Below are positions 1 through 9,546 of a stretch of DNA of 64,000 nt, piece after piece (position 1 is the stretch's first letter; each line of letters opens with the position of its first letter). A model generated the notes under the pieces. That model did no database searches. It was not told the DNA's origin and saw nothing but the letters and a program-made list of their open reading frames with translations. Both the position numbers and the translations under genes were made by a program. This stretch comes from a virus, in IMG/VR virus record IMGVR_UViG_3300012348_000173, positions 29,919 to 93,918 of that record, one strand, 5' to 3'.

Positions 1-1410
1 AGTACTCACGAACCACGCAAACAGCACCATGTTCATAACAAGGTCGTCATGACACCCTCCAGATGCAGCATAGCTATCGCCTTTTGGTTCAAACGATGAT
101 AGCTCAGTAATTGCATCAGCATCACAAACCTCAAGTCGTCCACGCTCAATTAGGTCCTTAAGATTACTGCAACCAATACGCTTAACGCGCTTACTCATTG
201 TAACACCAATGCCATTATTCTTAACCGAGCTTGATACGAAAGTATTATCATACTCGTAGTCATAGTAGACGCTGTTGCATACAACTTGTCCTGCATCATT
301 GTTTTCAATAACAACCAATGCTTCATTGTAAGCTTTAGCGGCACGTATGATATACTCGGGAAACATCAGTGGAGATATGATATTGCTTCGGTAAACACAT
401 ACAGTAGTGAACGTCGTTTCAGTTACGTCAAAGATTGTGAATGTACTATAGTCTTGACCGCGACCTTTACTAACGTCAACAGTCATGACGTAGTTATGAC
501 CTGCTTTTGGTTCTACATAGTAACGCGTATCTTGCCACTCTTTAATTGGAGCACGTGCTTGTAATGCAAGTAGAGTATCAGATGCAATTAGAGTTAAGCT
601 ACTTCCGATGAAGTCAACTTCAAATTCTTGACGGAACTGCAGCTCGCTTGTATTCTCGATCGTCTGTTGCTTCCAAGCCTCATCGCGACCTGGCACTTCC
701 CACCATTTAATCGTAAACGGTTTAAACGAGTTAGCATTTTGGATAGCTCCTTGCCAAAGTTTATAGAACATGTTACCTACGCCATTTGGAGTGGACGTAA
801 TAATTACTTTGGTATCCTTACCTGATGTAATAACAGGATATGTACTTGTATAGAATTCATTTGCCTTGTGAACGAATGCAAACTCGTCAAGGAAAACAAC
901 GTTAAGCGAAAGACCACGAATAGAACTACCACTTGTTGCAGCTGCAATAACTTCGGAGTTATTTGAGAACTTGATGCTACCTTTGTTAAGAACCTTGCAA
1001 CCTGGTTGAAGAAAGAACGGCAAGTTTTCAAGCATCAGCGTTAGACGAGCTAACATTTCTCGGGCAGTTGCTCCTTTGTTAGCAAGCATACCAATCTTCT
1101 TTTCAGAATTGAATATCACGTAGTGTAACAACCACGCAACGCTTGTAATACTTTTACCGCTTTGACGACATGCAAGAACAATGTTGAATTTGTTGTCATT
1201 GAAGTGTTTGACCATCTTTGTCTGATAGCCACGTAACTTAAATGGAACAAGCCCTTTGTCAAGACTAATTACCTTTACGTAATGTTCACAAAAGTAAGCA
1301 ACGTCATCACGACAGCGAATGTACTCTTCAAGCTCGTGAGCTGTATAGTTTTGGACAACGCCGTCACGCTTGACGTAAATGTTCCCATTATAGGAATTAT
1401 CGGTATTCAT
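1..1410 (-). CDS. gp17: Terminase large subunit (runs off left edge; absent from ORF track)
   Basis: Manual translation from ATG at 1410: MNTDNSYNGNIYVKRDG... Walker A CRQSGKS, Walker B VFLDEFAFV, coupling motif ITSTPNG, nuclease MTVDVSKGRGQDYS and GCHDDLVM. Confidence 0.97.
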   Translation of the reverse strand, partial: MNTDNSYNGNIYVKRDGVVQNYTAHELEEYIRCRDDVAYFCEHYVKVISLDKGLVPFKLRGYQTKMVKHFNDNKFNIVLACRQSGKSITSVAWLLHYVIFNSEKKIGMLANKGATAREMLARLTLMLENLPFFLQPGCKVLNKGSIKFSNNSEVIAAATSGSSIRGLSLNVVFLDEFAFVHKANEFYTSTYPVITSGKDTKVIITSTPNGVGNMFYKLWQGAIQNANSFKPFTIKWWEVPGRDEAWKQQTIENTSELQFRQEFEVDFIGSSLTLIASDTLLALQARAPIKEWQDTRYYVEPKAGHNYVMTVDVSKGRGQDYSTFTIFDVTETTFTTVCVYRSNIISPLMFPEYIIRAAKAYNEALVVIENNDAGQVVCNSVYYDYEYDNTFVSSSVKNNGIGVTMSKRVKRIGCSNLKDLIERGRLEVCDADAITELSSFEPKGDSYAASGGCHDDLVMNMVLFAWFVST

Positions 1411-2063
1411 TTTACAATTTTATCCTTTTGTTTAATCCAATTTGGAAATTTTTCACTCGCACAGCGATTGTATAGAGTATTTCTTGTTATGTTATATTTT
1501 TCAACAACTTCTTTTTCACCGATATACTCGATGCCTTCTATAATGTATACACAATATCTATGTGGTTGTTTAAAGCCAGGGGAATTGAATGTCTTTTTAA
1601 CCGATTCGGCTCTTTTAAGTCTAACCTCTTCACTATCAGTCATTCCGCGTCTAGCATTAGCCCCAAGAATCGAATTCTCTTGACACTTTTTCAATGCTTC
1701 CCCGGTTCTTTTCTTACCTCTTAATGCCATACCTATTGCTTTTCTGTGTTCTTCAGTTTTATGAATACTTGCAATAGCTAAACCCGATCCTAAGTTTCTA
1801 TTAAACCATTTGCGCTTATCCTTTATTAAAGTGAGCATGCGATGCTCATAGTTATATGCTTCTTCAATACTATTAAATGTTTTATGTATTCGATACCGAA
1901 AAGAATCTTTACCGTGCTGCTTAATTAGTTCTTTAACAATTTTTGAAGAAGAAAAGTAATGTATACCAAGGTCATCTTTCGGTGTACTCTTTGGTTTAAT
2001 TCTAACTCCATAATAGAGCTGACCAGTTGGTTTGAATTTTAGAACATATGTATATGGACTCAT
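1407..2063 (-). mobile_element. Free-standing GIY-YIG (Seg-like) homing endonuclease with NUMOD3-like motif
   Basis: N-terminal YTYVLKFKPTGQLYYGVR...YFSSS...EEAYNYE...WFNRN; KTEEHRKAIGMALRGKKRT NUMOD3-like; sits between gp16 and gp17 with ATGA overlap to gp17. Confidence 0.88.
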
Positions 2064-2068
2064 GTATT

Positions 2069-2076
2069 TATTTATA
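2069..2076 (-). promoter_or_regulatory. T4-type late promoter TATAAATA
   Basis: Exact consensus 5 nt upstream of the endonuclease ATG. Confidence 0.75.
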
Positions 2077-2129
2077 CATAAGGATTGCCATTTACTATGA
2101 ATTTTCTAAGGTCATAATGAATTTTGTTA

Positions 2130-2158
2130 TTTACAAGATTACAAAAAGATGTTACAAT
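2130..2158 (+). promoter_or_regulatory. Sigma70-type early promoter, antisense to gp16
   Basis: TTTACA-17 nt-TACAAT with extended TG; same -35 and spacing as the early promoters at 42-64 kb. Confidence 0.6.
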
Positions 2159-2227
2159 TGGTCTATACCAAATAAGGAAACCATCTAGTCTCGACTTAAG
2201 GTTAACCGAAGGTTCCCGAAGGGAGTA

Positions 2228-2683
2228 TCAAATATCAATTGGTTCTTCTCGGGACTTAAGGAACTTCTGGAGGTCAGCGGTTGTGCCAACGTAGATAGAA
2301 TTATTAGTTACACTAGATGGAGCTGATGATGGTGAGACGCCCCCAACCGGTTCTTGAACAATTTTCTTTCGATTCTTTACAAGGTCAAGTAACGATGCAT
2401 TCATATCAGCAGTATTCTTGATCATCGCCGTTAATACCTCAAATGCTCGAGGATGTTCTGCATCGGTAGCAAGTTCATGTAGACGCTCAATGGCATCATC
2501 ACTTGCAAGTATCAACTTCTTGATATGCGCGCGCGCAAATTCATAGTCATCTTCAGTGTCTTTAATTATGACTTCATTCGACGGACCAACCGGAAGTACT
2601 TCGTTGTTATTTTCGGCTACAGTCGCTGGTAGGTTTGCTGTTAAGGAAGCAAGTATTTCATCTTTCGATTTCTTGTTAGTCAT
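2228..2683 (-). CDS. gp16: Terminase small subunit
   Basis: DYEFAR...AEHPRAFEV...NNSIYVGTTADLQKFL motifs; position between gp15 and gp17. Confidence 0.93.
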   Translation of the reverse strand: MTNKKSKDEILASLTANLPATVAENNNEVLPVGPSNEVIIKDTEDDYEFARAHIKKLILASDDAIERLHELATDAEHPRAFEVLTAMIKNTADMNASLLDLVKNRKKIVQEPVGGVSPSSAPSSVTNNSIYVGTTADLQKFLKSREEPIDI

Positions 2684-3935
2684 AATATGAAACTTGTGCA
2701 GTTGCGTTTAAAGAAGATCCTTTTGTTTTAAGTACACGATATGTAAGGATTACTTCTTGATTTGAAGGAATAGTTATACTTTGAGACTGTGGAGAAGTTG
2801 TACTAACTCCGTTCTCGCTAGACAAGACAAGGTCTCCATTGGCATAAACCTTAATGTAATCACCGGTCTCGCTTGATAAGTATCCTGGAGTACTTGTTCC
2901 GTGTTGAGGATTAGCTAGCCAATTTAGATACAGAGTAATTTCTCCTTCGGCTCCATATGCACCTGCAGTAATAGCGTCTGGATCCTGATTTTCATAGTTA
3001 TTAAAGAAGCGAGTACTTACTGTGTATTCACTAGTATCATCGCTCATTGGTGCACTAAATTCCAATGATGGTCCGTTTAGACTATCAACATCTATGTCTC
3101 CTCCAACATTTCTTTCAACTCTCCATTCCAATCCTGATAGAGTATCGGATATTGGAGGAAGGTCTTCAATGAACCCGTATGTGGTGGATACCGTAAAGTT
3201 ACCATCTGCATCTGGCTCACTTGTTGCTTCAACACGCACAATTTCATCTGGCTTATCAGATGGAGAAACATCAATACCTGTATGCATGCGTGCCTCAACC
3301 CACTTAATGATTTTAGCGCGCTGATCCATTGGTCCAGTAAACTTTACACGAATTGTAAAGTCAAGTGTATAGATGATTGTGCGACGTGACGCTTGAAAGT
3401 CACCTTCATAATCGTCTTGAAAGCTTACTCCTTGTAATGTGATTGGAATATCAGTACGCGATCCTGGACCTTCAAGATCCTTAACAGTTATGCTGTATTC
3501 AGGATTGAAGTAGGGAAGAATTTGCTCAACACATTGCAGTGCATCGTCCTGGTGACGTGCCAGAATGTTAAGCTGCATTCCAAGTATGTATGGCGTGCTT
3601 TGATAAACACGTGCTTTTTCAATCGTGTTTGTTTCGTTAATCGGATACAACGTGTTGTTAAGACGATTAAGCTTTGCGCCAGTGTCATATTGAATGCTAG
3701 TTATTTCAAACGACATGCGAGGTAAGCGAACCGCTACGTCAATTGGGCTGTTAGGATCAAATGAAGCAAGACGTGCAAGGAACTTTTGACGTGGTGCATA
3801 TGTTAACGGTACACGCGAAATGCCTTGCATCTTGCCGTTAATTAACTTAGCAATGCAGATGTTATTGAATAGAGTACCAAAGACTGCGACAATAGTCTTA
3901 AGGCTCTTGTTATAAAAGTATGTGTTACCTAACAT
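2676..3935 (-). CDS. gp15: Tail sheath stabiliser/terminator with C-terminal extension
   Basis: Likely start MLGNTYFYNKSLKTIVAVFGTLFNNI at 3935; VPLTYAPRQKFLARL, LPRMSFEI, EQILPYFNP, RRTIIYTLDF. Confidence 0.93.
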   Translation of the reverse strand: MLGNTYFYNKSLKTIVAVFGTLFNNICIAKLINGKMQGISRVPLTYAPRQKFLARLASFDPNSPIDVAVRLPRMSFEITSIQYDTGAKLNRLNNTLYPINETNTIEKARVYQSTPYILGMQLNILARHQDDALQCVEQILPYFNPEYSITVKDLEGPGSRTDIPITLQGVSFQDDYEGDFQASRRTIIYTLDFTIRVKFTGPMDQRAKIIKWVEARMHTGIDVSPSDKPDEIVRVEATSEPDADGNFTVSTTYGFIEDLPPISDTLSGLEWRVERNVGGDIDVDSLNGPSLEFSAPMSDDTSEYTVSTRFFNNYENQDPDAITAGAYGAEGEITLYLNWLANPQHGTSTPGYLSSETGDYIKVYANGDLVLSSENGVSTTSPQSQSITIPSNQEVILTYRVLKTKGSSLNATAQVSYYD

Positions 3936-3936
3936 A

Positions 3937-4851
3937 TTAGAAGTCAAATGGCTCTCCGAAAGGATTCCCTTCGCTAAAATCAATAAAATTATTCCCTTGG
4001 ATTTCAAAGGTACTGTTTTGTGCAGCAAAGTCGTTTGTGAACGCGATACCGTTTCCGTCTTGCAAGTCAATAAGTTCGGTTACAGTTGAAACTGTTCCGC
4101 TATCCTGACCCGTGAATGTTGTGCCGATTGTGATGCTATGAAACTGCCCATCGTCAAACAATAGAGCGCCAAAGCTAGCCGCAGTTAAATTGGTGTATTG
4201 CGCCACGCCAATAAACTTAGCACTGCCAGTGACTCCGCTGGGAAGGGTAATAGTACAATATTCATCAATCGCATGAACCTCGTTGTTAAGGAATTCCACA
4301 TACGCTCTCCAAGGCTGTGTAACTGCGTGCTGAACGCCATCAACTTCAGGTACACCTGTATTGATATTTTCATTAGTGTATTCATAAACCTCACATGTTA
4401 ATTTGAAGGTAGGAACATTGTTCAATTGGAAGAACGGTTGTTTATCCTCAACCCACTTAATCTCAAACAAGCCACTTGTCATTGGGAAGTAAAGAAGATC
4501 TCCTTCTCGAGGACGTTGGCTATTTTCAGTGTAGCCAAATTTACCAATTAAAGTATTCCAACGACGACGCGATACAACCACTGTGATTTGATCTCGAATT
4601 TCAAGACCAAACTTAGATACCAATTTACCATCTCCTTCAAAACCGTCGATGCTTTCGACGTACATTTCAATCTTAAAAGCTTTATCAAACTGCGAAAGAA
4701 AATCTTCGTTCAAGATACGATCCATCTGAACAATCTTTCGCGGAATGTAGTACACATCATGGCCATAGATCTTCATCGCCTCGATTAGAATATCTTCGAG
4801 GAGATGCTTTTCGGAACGTGTTCCGTGACTGAAGTATACGTTGCGGGCCAT
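3937..4851 (-). CDS. gp14: Neck protein
   Basis: EAMKIYGHDVYYIPR, SKFGLEIRD, RPREGDLLYFP, C-terminal DFSEGNPFGE. Confidence 0.95.
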   Translation of the reverse strand: MARNVYFSHGTRSEKHLLEDILIEAMKIYGHDVYYIPRKIVQMDRILNEDFLSQFDKAFKIEMYVESIDGFEGDGKLVSKFGLEIRDQITVVVSRRRWNTLIGKFGYTENSQRPREGDLLYFPMTSGLFEIKWVEDKQPFFQLNNVPTFKLTCEVYEYTNENINTGVPEVDGVQHAVTQPWRAYVEFLNNEVHAIDEYCTITLPSGVTGSAKFIGVAQYTNLTAASFGALLFDDGQFHSITIGTTFTGQDSGTVSTVTELIDLQDGNGIAFTNDFAAQNSTFEIQGNNFIDFSEGNPFGEPFDF

Positions 4852-4854
4852 GTA

Positions 4855-5604
4855 TTATCCTACAAAAAAGTCGACGGGCATTTGGTACTTGGAATCCCAT
4901 GCTTCTTCCATCTTTTCAATATCATTGATTGCGTCATCATATAACTGACGGCCATTTAGAGTAACACCACCTGGAAGTTGTAGACCTTCAAACTTGATTA
5001 GGTTTGCTCCCCACTGACGCTTAAACAATGCAGTTGTGTAGCGCTTTAGAGCCATGTCATTATACACTTCAGTATAATCTTCAGGATTAACTGTCATGTA
5101 ACATTCAATAATAATGTAGCCTCCCACGCGAAGGTACTTATGCCAATCATCTTGAATGGTCAGCTGATTCTTATGACGTGCATACGTAATTTGCTGTGAC
5201 GCTCCAGTGAGAGTCATTTCAATCAAGCTAAGATACTGCTTAGTGATTTCATAGTTAACCAACGCAGATGGGTTACGCAAACCATACAAGTCATTAAGGA
5301 ACATTTGATACTTAATGCTAAACATGTCAGCCGCATCACCACCCGCACTAAGGTTAAGAACACGTGTTACACTTAAGACTGCATCAGGTAGCGTAATCAC
5401 TCCATTTGTGATACTCTCTGACGTGATTTGATGCTTAATAAAAGTACGAACAACTGCATCACCATGATACTCTTGGTAAAACTGAATTGCTTCATCAAGA
5501 CGATCTTCAATTTGATCTTCGTCGATGTTAATTTCAATTACAGGAGCACCAAGATTGCGTAGGCAATATTCTGCGAGTTCTTGTCTGGATGATGGGCGGG
5601 CCAT
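4855..5604 (-). CDS. gp13: Neck protein
   Basis: YCLRNLGAPVIEINIDEDQ, KRQWGANLIKFEGLQLPGGVTLNG. Confidence 0.96.
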   Translation of the reverse strand: MARPSSRQELAEYCLRNLGAPVIEINIDEDQIEDRLDEAIQFYQEYHGDAVVRTFIKHQITSESITNGVITLPDAVLSVTRVLNLSAGGDAADMFSIKYQMFLNDLYGLRNPSALVNYEITKQYLSLIEMTLTGASQQITYARHKNQLTIQDDWHKYLRVGGYIIIECYMTVNPEDYTEVYNDMALKRYTTALFKRQWGANLIKFEGLQLPGGVTLNGRQLYDDAINDIEKMEEAWDSKYQMPVDFFVG

Positions 5605-5611
5605 AGTTATA

Positions 5612-5887
5612 TTATTGTGTGGCTGCTATCAAAGAAGCAATCTTATTGTTATAATTTTCCAAAAAAGAAACAGTTTCTTGAGGAGAAAGTGTGTATGTTT
5701 GTGCGTCTAACGATTTAAGCATACATCCTTGATTTAGGTTAATTGCAGATGTACATGTTGAGCTGTAATAATTCGTTTGATGCTGCAGTATTCCAACCAA
5801 GATTCCATCAACGATTATTCCATATTTAATCGCTTTATCTAAAGATCCTTTAGCCCACATCTTATCATAGTTAATTGTGTTGCTCAT
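5612..5887 (-). CDS. Hypothetical protein
   Basis: Tightly packed ORF in the late operon. Confidence 0.6.
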   Translation of the reverse strand: MSNTINYDKMWAKGSLDKAIKYGIIVDGILVGILQHQTNYYSSTCTSAINLNQGCMLKSLDAQTYTLSPQETVSFLENYNNKIASLIAATQ

Positions 5888-5889
5888 AG

Positions 5890-6372
5890 TTAAGGCGTAA
5901 TATCTAAAGGTGTAAACGTAATGTGGAAATCTGCAGTATCTCCAGCGACTGGCAACCCGCCTGAAAGATAAAATCTAGTTAAGCTTTCAGTTGTGTAAAA
6001 CATAGCCGATCCAAATTGAGTGCCGTGTGTTGATGGATCAGCTAAACCAAATGCTAATACATTTTCATCTATTGTATTCATTACATGAAAGTCGTCAGTT
6101 GTTGAATTTGACCAAGTTCCACTTGGGAGAGAATTGACGTATCCAGTTAAAGATAGACCATGACTGCCCCAACTTGATGATATGAAATTTTCAACATAAA
6201 TCGCGACTGCATAATAACCATTTGGTATTTCAACATATTCCGTTGAAATTTGTCCATAACCAGGTTCATTTTGTATCCAGCTTATGTTTAAATTGAAGAT
6301 ACCTCCTGATGAAGATTCAGATGACTTTAGACCAACTGATGATAATCCCAGTGATGTACCCAATGACAACAT
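5890..6372 (-). CDS. Hypothetical, possibly virion protein
   Basis: Packed ORF; MLSLGTSLGL N-terminus then beta-rich body. Confidence 0.6.
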   Translation of the reverse strand: MLSLGTSLGLSSVGLKSSESSSGGIFNLNISWIQNEPGYGQISTEYVEIPNGYYAVAIYVENFISSSWGSHGLSLTGYVNSLPSGTWSNSTTDDFHVMNTIDENVLAFGLADPSTHGTQFGSAMFYTTESLTRFYLSGGLPVAGDTADFHITFTPLDITP

Positions 6373-6373
6373 A

Positions 6374-6673
6374 TTAGAATAGCAAGATCAAATTTGCTGG
6401 AGCGGCAATTGATACCGTTGTGCCAATTGGATCAATTCCCTTGCCGCCATACGGATAAGTGCATCCGGACTTAACCGTGAATGTAACTGTTACATCATCA
6501 ACGCCAATGACCGAAACTGCACCATCAGCATTTACGTGAAATCCTTTAAAAATTCTTTCTGGAAAGTATGATTCGTTATCGGCCCAGCCGCTTTCTCCAT
6601 AAGTGGTTGGAATATATGCATAGCTTAACGCGGACTGCGTATTTCGCATTGATGTTCTTTCAAATACTGTCAT
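6374..6673 (-). CDS. Hypothetical small beta-rich protein
   Basis: Packed ORF downstream of a late promoter. Confidence 0.6.
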   Translation of the reverse strand: MTVFERTSMRNTQSALSYAYIPTTYGESGWADNESYFPERIFKGFHVNADGAVSVIGVDDVTVTFTVKSGCTYPYGGKGIDPIGTTVSIAAPANLILLF

Positions 6674-6678
6674 ATGAT

Positions 6679-7023
6679 TTATTTATCCTCGTTATTGTTT
6701 TGATTGTTGTAAGGAAGAAATGATGCTGGGTTCTTGGAAAACTTTTGGCCTAGCTTAACAATTCCGGCAATGATCTCAGGTGATATGACACCGATGATCC
6801 CATACGTTATTGCCTTGTATAAGCTGCTAATGTCAGTTTGCTCAAGTACAAACCAAGCAATGCCGCTAGCCATAGAAGCAGTGATTATCTTTTTAATTAG
6901 TTCCCAAATTGTTAATCGAGTGTTAGACGCTAGTATTCTTGCAATCATAGCAGTAGCTCCAATTAAAGGTATAACCCAGCCTTCTTCTAAAAAGGCCTTA
7001 ATGATGGATTTATCCGGTTCCAT
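6679..7023 (-). CDS. Holin-like membrane protein
   Basis: 114 aa, three hydrophobic segments, charged/polar C-terminus, late promoter directly upstream. Confidence 0.55.
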   Translation of the reverse strand: MEPDKSIIKAFLEEGWVIPLIGATAMIARILASNTRLTIWELIKKIITASMASGIAWFVLEQTDISSLYKAITYGIIGVISPEIIAGIVKLGQKFSKNPASFLPYNNQNNNEDK

Positions 7024-7028
7024 GATAC

Positions 7029-7036
7029 TATTTATA
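7029..7036 (-). promoter_or_regulatory. T4-type late promoter TATAAATA
   Basis: Exact consensus 5 nt upstream of ATG 7023. Confidence 0.75.
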
Positions 7037-7039
7037 TGA

Positions 7040-7852
7040 TTAGATATTTATCAGGTATTTTAGATCAACCGCTGTTGATGAATGTACTTTACGAATAAAG
7101 ATATTACCGAGTTTACGTTGGGCATCAATAAATGTATTGTCGACTATTCCAAAAGTATGAGGATTAAGTTTACACCCACGATCAATCATGTACTTTTCAG
7201 TTTCCCAGTCCCAATCCGAAAAACAAAAAGAACGGTCTTTCCATTTTAGGTTTAAATGATTTGCAATAACCGCAAACCAACATTCGTCTGCATATGATTC
7301 ACATGTTGTATCGAAATAATCAACTAGGTTATCATATGCATCAACAAACTTTTTAGCGGCATCACGATCACACATAAACCATTGAGAAACGAAAGCGCGG
7401 CAATCATATCTTAACGGTGAACATAATGCACGATTCTTTTTCAATTTAAGCATCTTAAAGAACCTATGTTTAGCAATAGAGTCATTATGAAAATCCTTAA
7501 AACATAATGAAGACTGTTCTTCATATATCTTTTCATATACATCTTTCATATTATACAATGGGAGATGCGCATCGCTAATTAATATGAAGCGATCGTTATC
7601 TGCATCATTTAGAGCATATCTCAACAAATTTATTGTTGCGCTAACTAAAGAAAAGCATCCCCATTTTGTATTTCTTATTATGTATTCGTTGGGTAATGAA
7701 TACTTATCCCAATGCGGCGAAAGACTTTCTTTAGGATGAATGTATAAGTTAAAGAGATCGGCGTAACGTTCTTGATCGAAGAACATGCACATAGCATCTT
7801 CTTTTTGAAAATCTCCATATGTTAATGCAAGAAAGGCAACCTTTTTAGACAT
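7040..7852 (-). CDS. GT14-like (core-2/I-branching) glycosyltransferase
   Basis: KVAFLAL...LYIH...TKWGCFSLVSA...LL..AL...NDRFILISDAHLPLY...SQWF...ADE.WF...FIRKV pattern. Confidence 0.82.
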   Translation of the reverse strand: MSKKVAFLALTYGDFQKEDAMCMFFDQERYADLFNLYIHPKESLSPHWDKYSLPNEYIIRNTKWGCFSLVSATINLLRYALNDADNDRFILISDAHLPLYNMKDVYEKIYEEQSSLCFKDFHNDSIAKHRFFKMLKLKKNRALCSPLRYDCRAFVSQWFMCDRDAAKKFVDAYDNLVDYFDTTCESYADECWFAVIANHLNLKWKDRSFCFSDWDWETEKYMIDRGCKLNPHTFGIVDNTFIDAQRKLGNIFIRKVHSSTAVDLKYLINI

Positions 7853-8879
7853 CTTTCAATTTAATCATTACGTGCTTAATTGCCATCCACATATCAAGAT
7901 ATTTGTATGTAGCTAATCTTCCTACAAATATGACACCTTTTTCTTTCTTAGCGCGTTCTTCATATTGTGAATAGATCTTCTGGCCTTCACCCCAAGGAAT
8001 CGGATAGTATGGTATATCTTCTTCGCCACATTCCTTTGAATACTCACATGTGATTGTCGTGTTTCCAACATGATTTGCGTCAAAGTAACTGTGATCATAT
8101 ATGCGAGTGTATGGCGAACATCTATTAATTTGGTTGACGACAAAATACTTTTCTCTAGGTACACCGCTACGATGATGAAATTCAAGAGTACGATATGGAA
8201 GACGACCATAACAATAGTCATAGTATGCATCAACCTTTCCAGTGTATACTGTTAGATTTGCGTTATGTTCTTTCCATGCATCAGGCTTACAGTTTAGATG
8301 CACGTGTATGTTAGGATGACTAAGCATCTTTTCAAACATCTTAGTATATCCGTCTTTTGGAATGCACTGATACTTTTGACCTTCAAACCAAGTTGGGTCT
8401 TCACATGCAGCGGTCTTTGGAATGCGATTGGTGATTGTCTTCGGGATAGTATCAAATGGTACGCCCCACTGCTTTTCGGAATAGTCCCGGAAGATAGTAT
8501 CCACGATTTCTTCCTGAGACAATTCACGTCCAATTTCAGAAACCGTTTTTTGACTGTATGGAAGGCTTATGTACTTGCCAAGCCGATCAGAAGCTCCTTT
8601 GGGCTGTAACTTAAATGGAACCCACTCAGAATAGTCCTTTATGAAATCCCATACTTCTTCATCGTCAGTATGAAAAATATGCAGGCCATACGTATGAAGG
8701 AACTTCACATTACCAAGCGGAGCATCATAACAGTTTCCTCCAATATGATTACGTGTATCATAGATATCTACAATGTATCCTTTACGTGCAAGACATACGG
8801 CCGCAACAATTCCACTAAGTCCACATCCTACTATTTTAACCGAGTATAAGTCCTTTTGCATTTGCATAATGATAAACAA
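7845..8879 (-). CDS. glf: UDP-galactopyranose mutase
   Basis: GCGLSG FAD motif, HIGGNCYD, YGLHIFHT, YSEKQWG, LPYRTL, PYYPI, GRLATYKYLDM; true start may be a few codons downstream. Confidence 0.95.
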   Translation of the reverse strand: MFIIMQMQKDLYSVKIVGCGLSGIVAAVCLARKGYIVDIYDTRNHIGGNCYDAPLGNVKFLHTYGLHIFHTDDEEVWDFIKDYSEWVPFKLQPKGASDRLGKYISLPYSQKTVSEIGRELSQEEIVDTIFRDYSEKQWGVPFDTIPKTITNRIPKTAACEDPTWFEGQKYQCIPKDGYTKMFEKMLSHPNIHVHLNCKPDAWKEHNANLTVYTGKVDAYYDYCYGRLPYRTLEFHHRSGVPREKYFVVNQINRCSPYTRIYDHSYFDANHVGNTTITCEYSKECGEEDIPYYPIPWGEGQKIYSQYEERAKKEKGVIFVGRLATYKYLDMWMAIKHVMIKLKDV

Positions 8880-9528
8880 TTTCTTCTTGTATTTTTACGC
8901 TAGGATATGTATCTAATATCTCATCTAAGTTTTCTGAAAATGCATCGGTTAATGCTTTCATACTGTATGGATTTCCAGTGTAGAAATTATCAACGCCAAC
9001 CGCACCTCGCGTGTATGCTGGATATTTAAAGTTAAGAGTATATCGGCCTCTAACCAATCGTAGCAGCACTGTCTCTGGCGTCTTTTTACAAATATGATGC
9101 GTGAAAAGATCATAGCGGGTATTAATGATCATGTCATAGTTATCATATGTAACTATGGAATCAACTAAACGCTTCTTACCTTCCCACATTCGTTTCCACC
9201 CGAGAACTGGCATTTGTGTTAGACCGACATAGCCATCGGTTCGGCCTTTAATCTTTACGTCTGCTTCAGAGTCAACAGATACAGTCTTAACTAAAGATGA
9301 GCATTCGTCGCCAAAGTAATGTCTTAATAGTGGCTCGTTTACTTGCAATCCATATGAAGCTCCTAACTTACGATATGAAAGGTTTGCTTCAGTCTCAGAC
9401 CATGTATGACAATGAATGGACAATGAAGTAACTTGTCTTAGGTTACTTAGCGTCTTTACAAAGTTTCTTAATCCTGAGTCTGTTAAACCGTCGCGTATGT
9501 GTCCTCTTATTCCTAATGCTACTCGCAT
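8836..9528 (-). CDS. Putative glycosyltransferase-like protein
   Basis: MRVALGIRGHIR...IHCHTW...YDMIINTRYDL...VDNFY pattern typical of phage glycan-locus proteins; adjacent to glf. Confidence 0.5.
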   Translation of the reverse strand: MRVALGIRGHIRDGLTDSGLRNFVKTLSNLRQVTSLSIHCHTWSETEANLSYRKLGASYGLQVNEPLLRHYFGDECSSLVKTVSVDSEADVKIKGRTDGYVGLTQMPVLGWKRMWEGKKRLVDSIVTYDNYDMIINTRYDLFTHHICKKTPETVLLRLVRGRYTLNFKYPAYTRGAVGVDNFYTGNPYSMKALTDAFSENLDEILDTYPSVKIQEEIVYHYANAKGLILG

Positions 9529-9546
9529 ATCAGATATATATCTATT

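Noticed and set aside
286-1683. Short ORFs listed over the left end
   Set aside because: Shadows of gp17 (missed by the track because it runs off the edge) and of the endonuclease
1407-2227. Group I intron around the endonuclease
   Set aside because: gp16 and gp17 both look complete and uninterrupted; flanks are too short for a ribozyme core
3936-4070. Long N-terminal extension of gp15 in the ORF track
   Set aside because: Overlaps gp14; homology starts at MLGNTYFY (3935)
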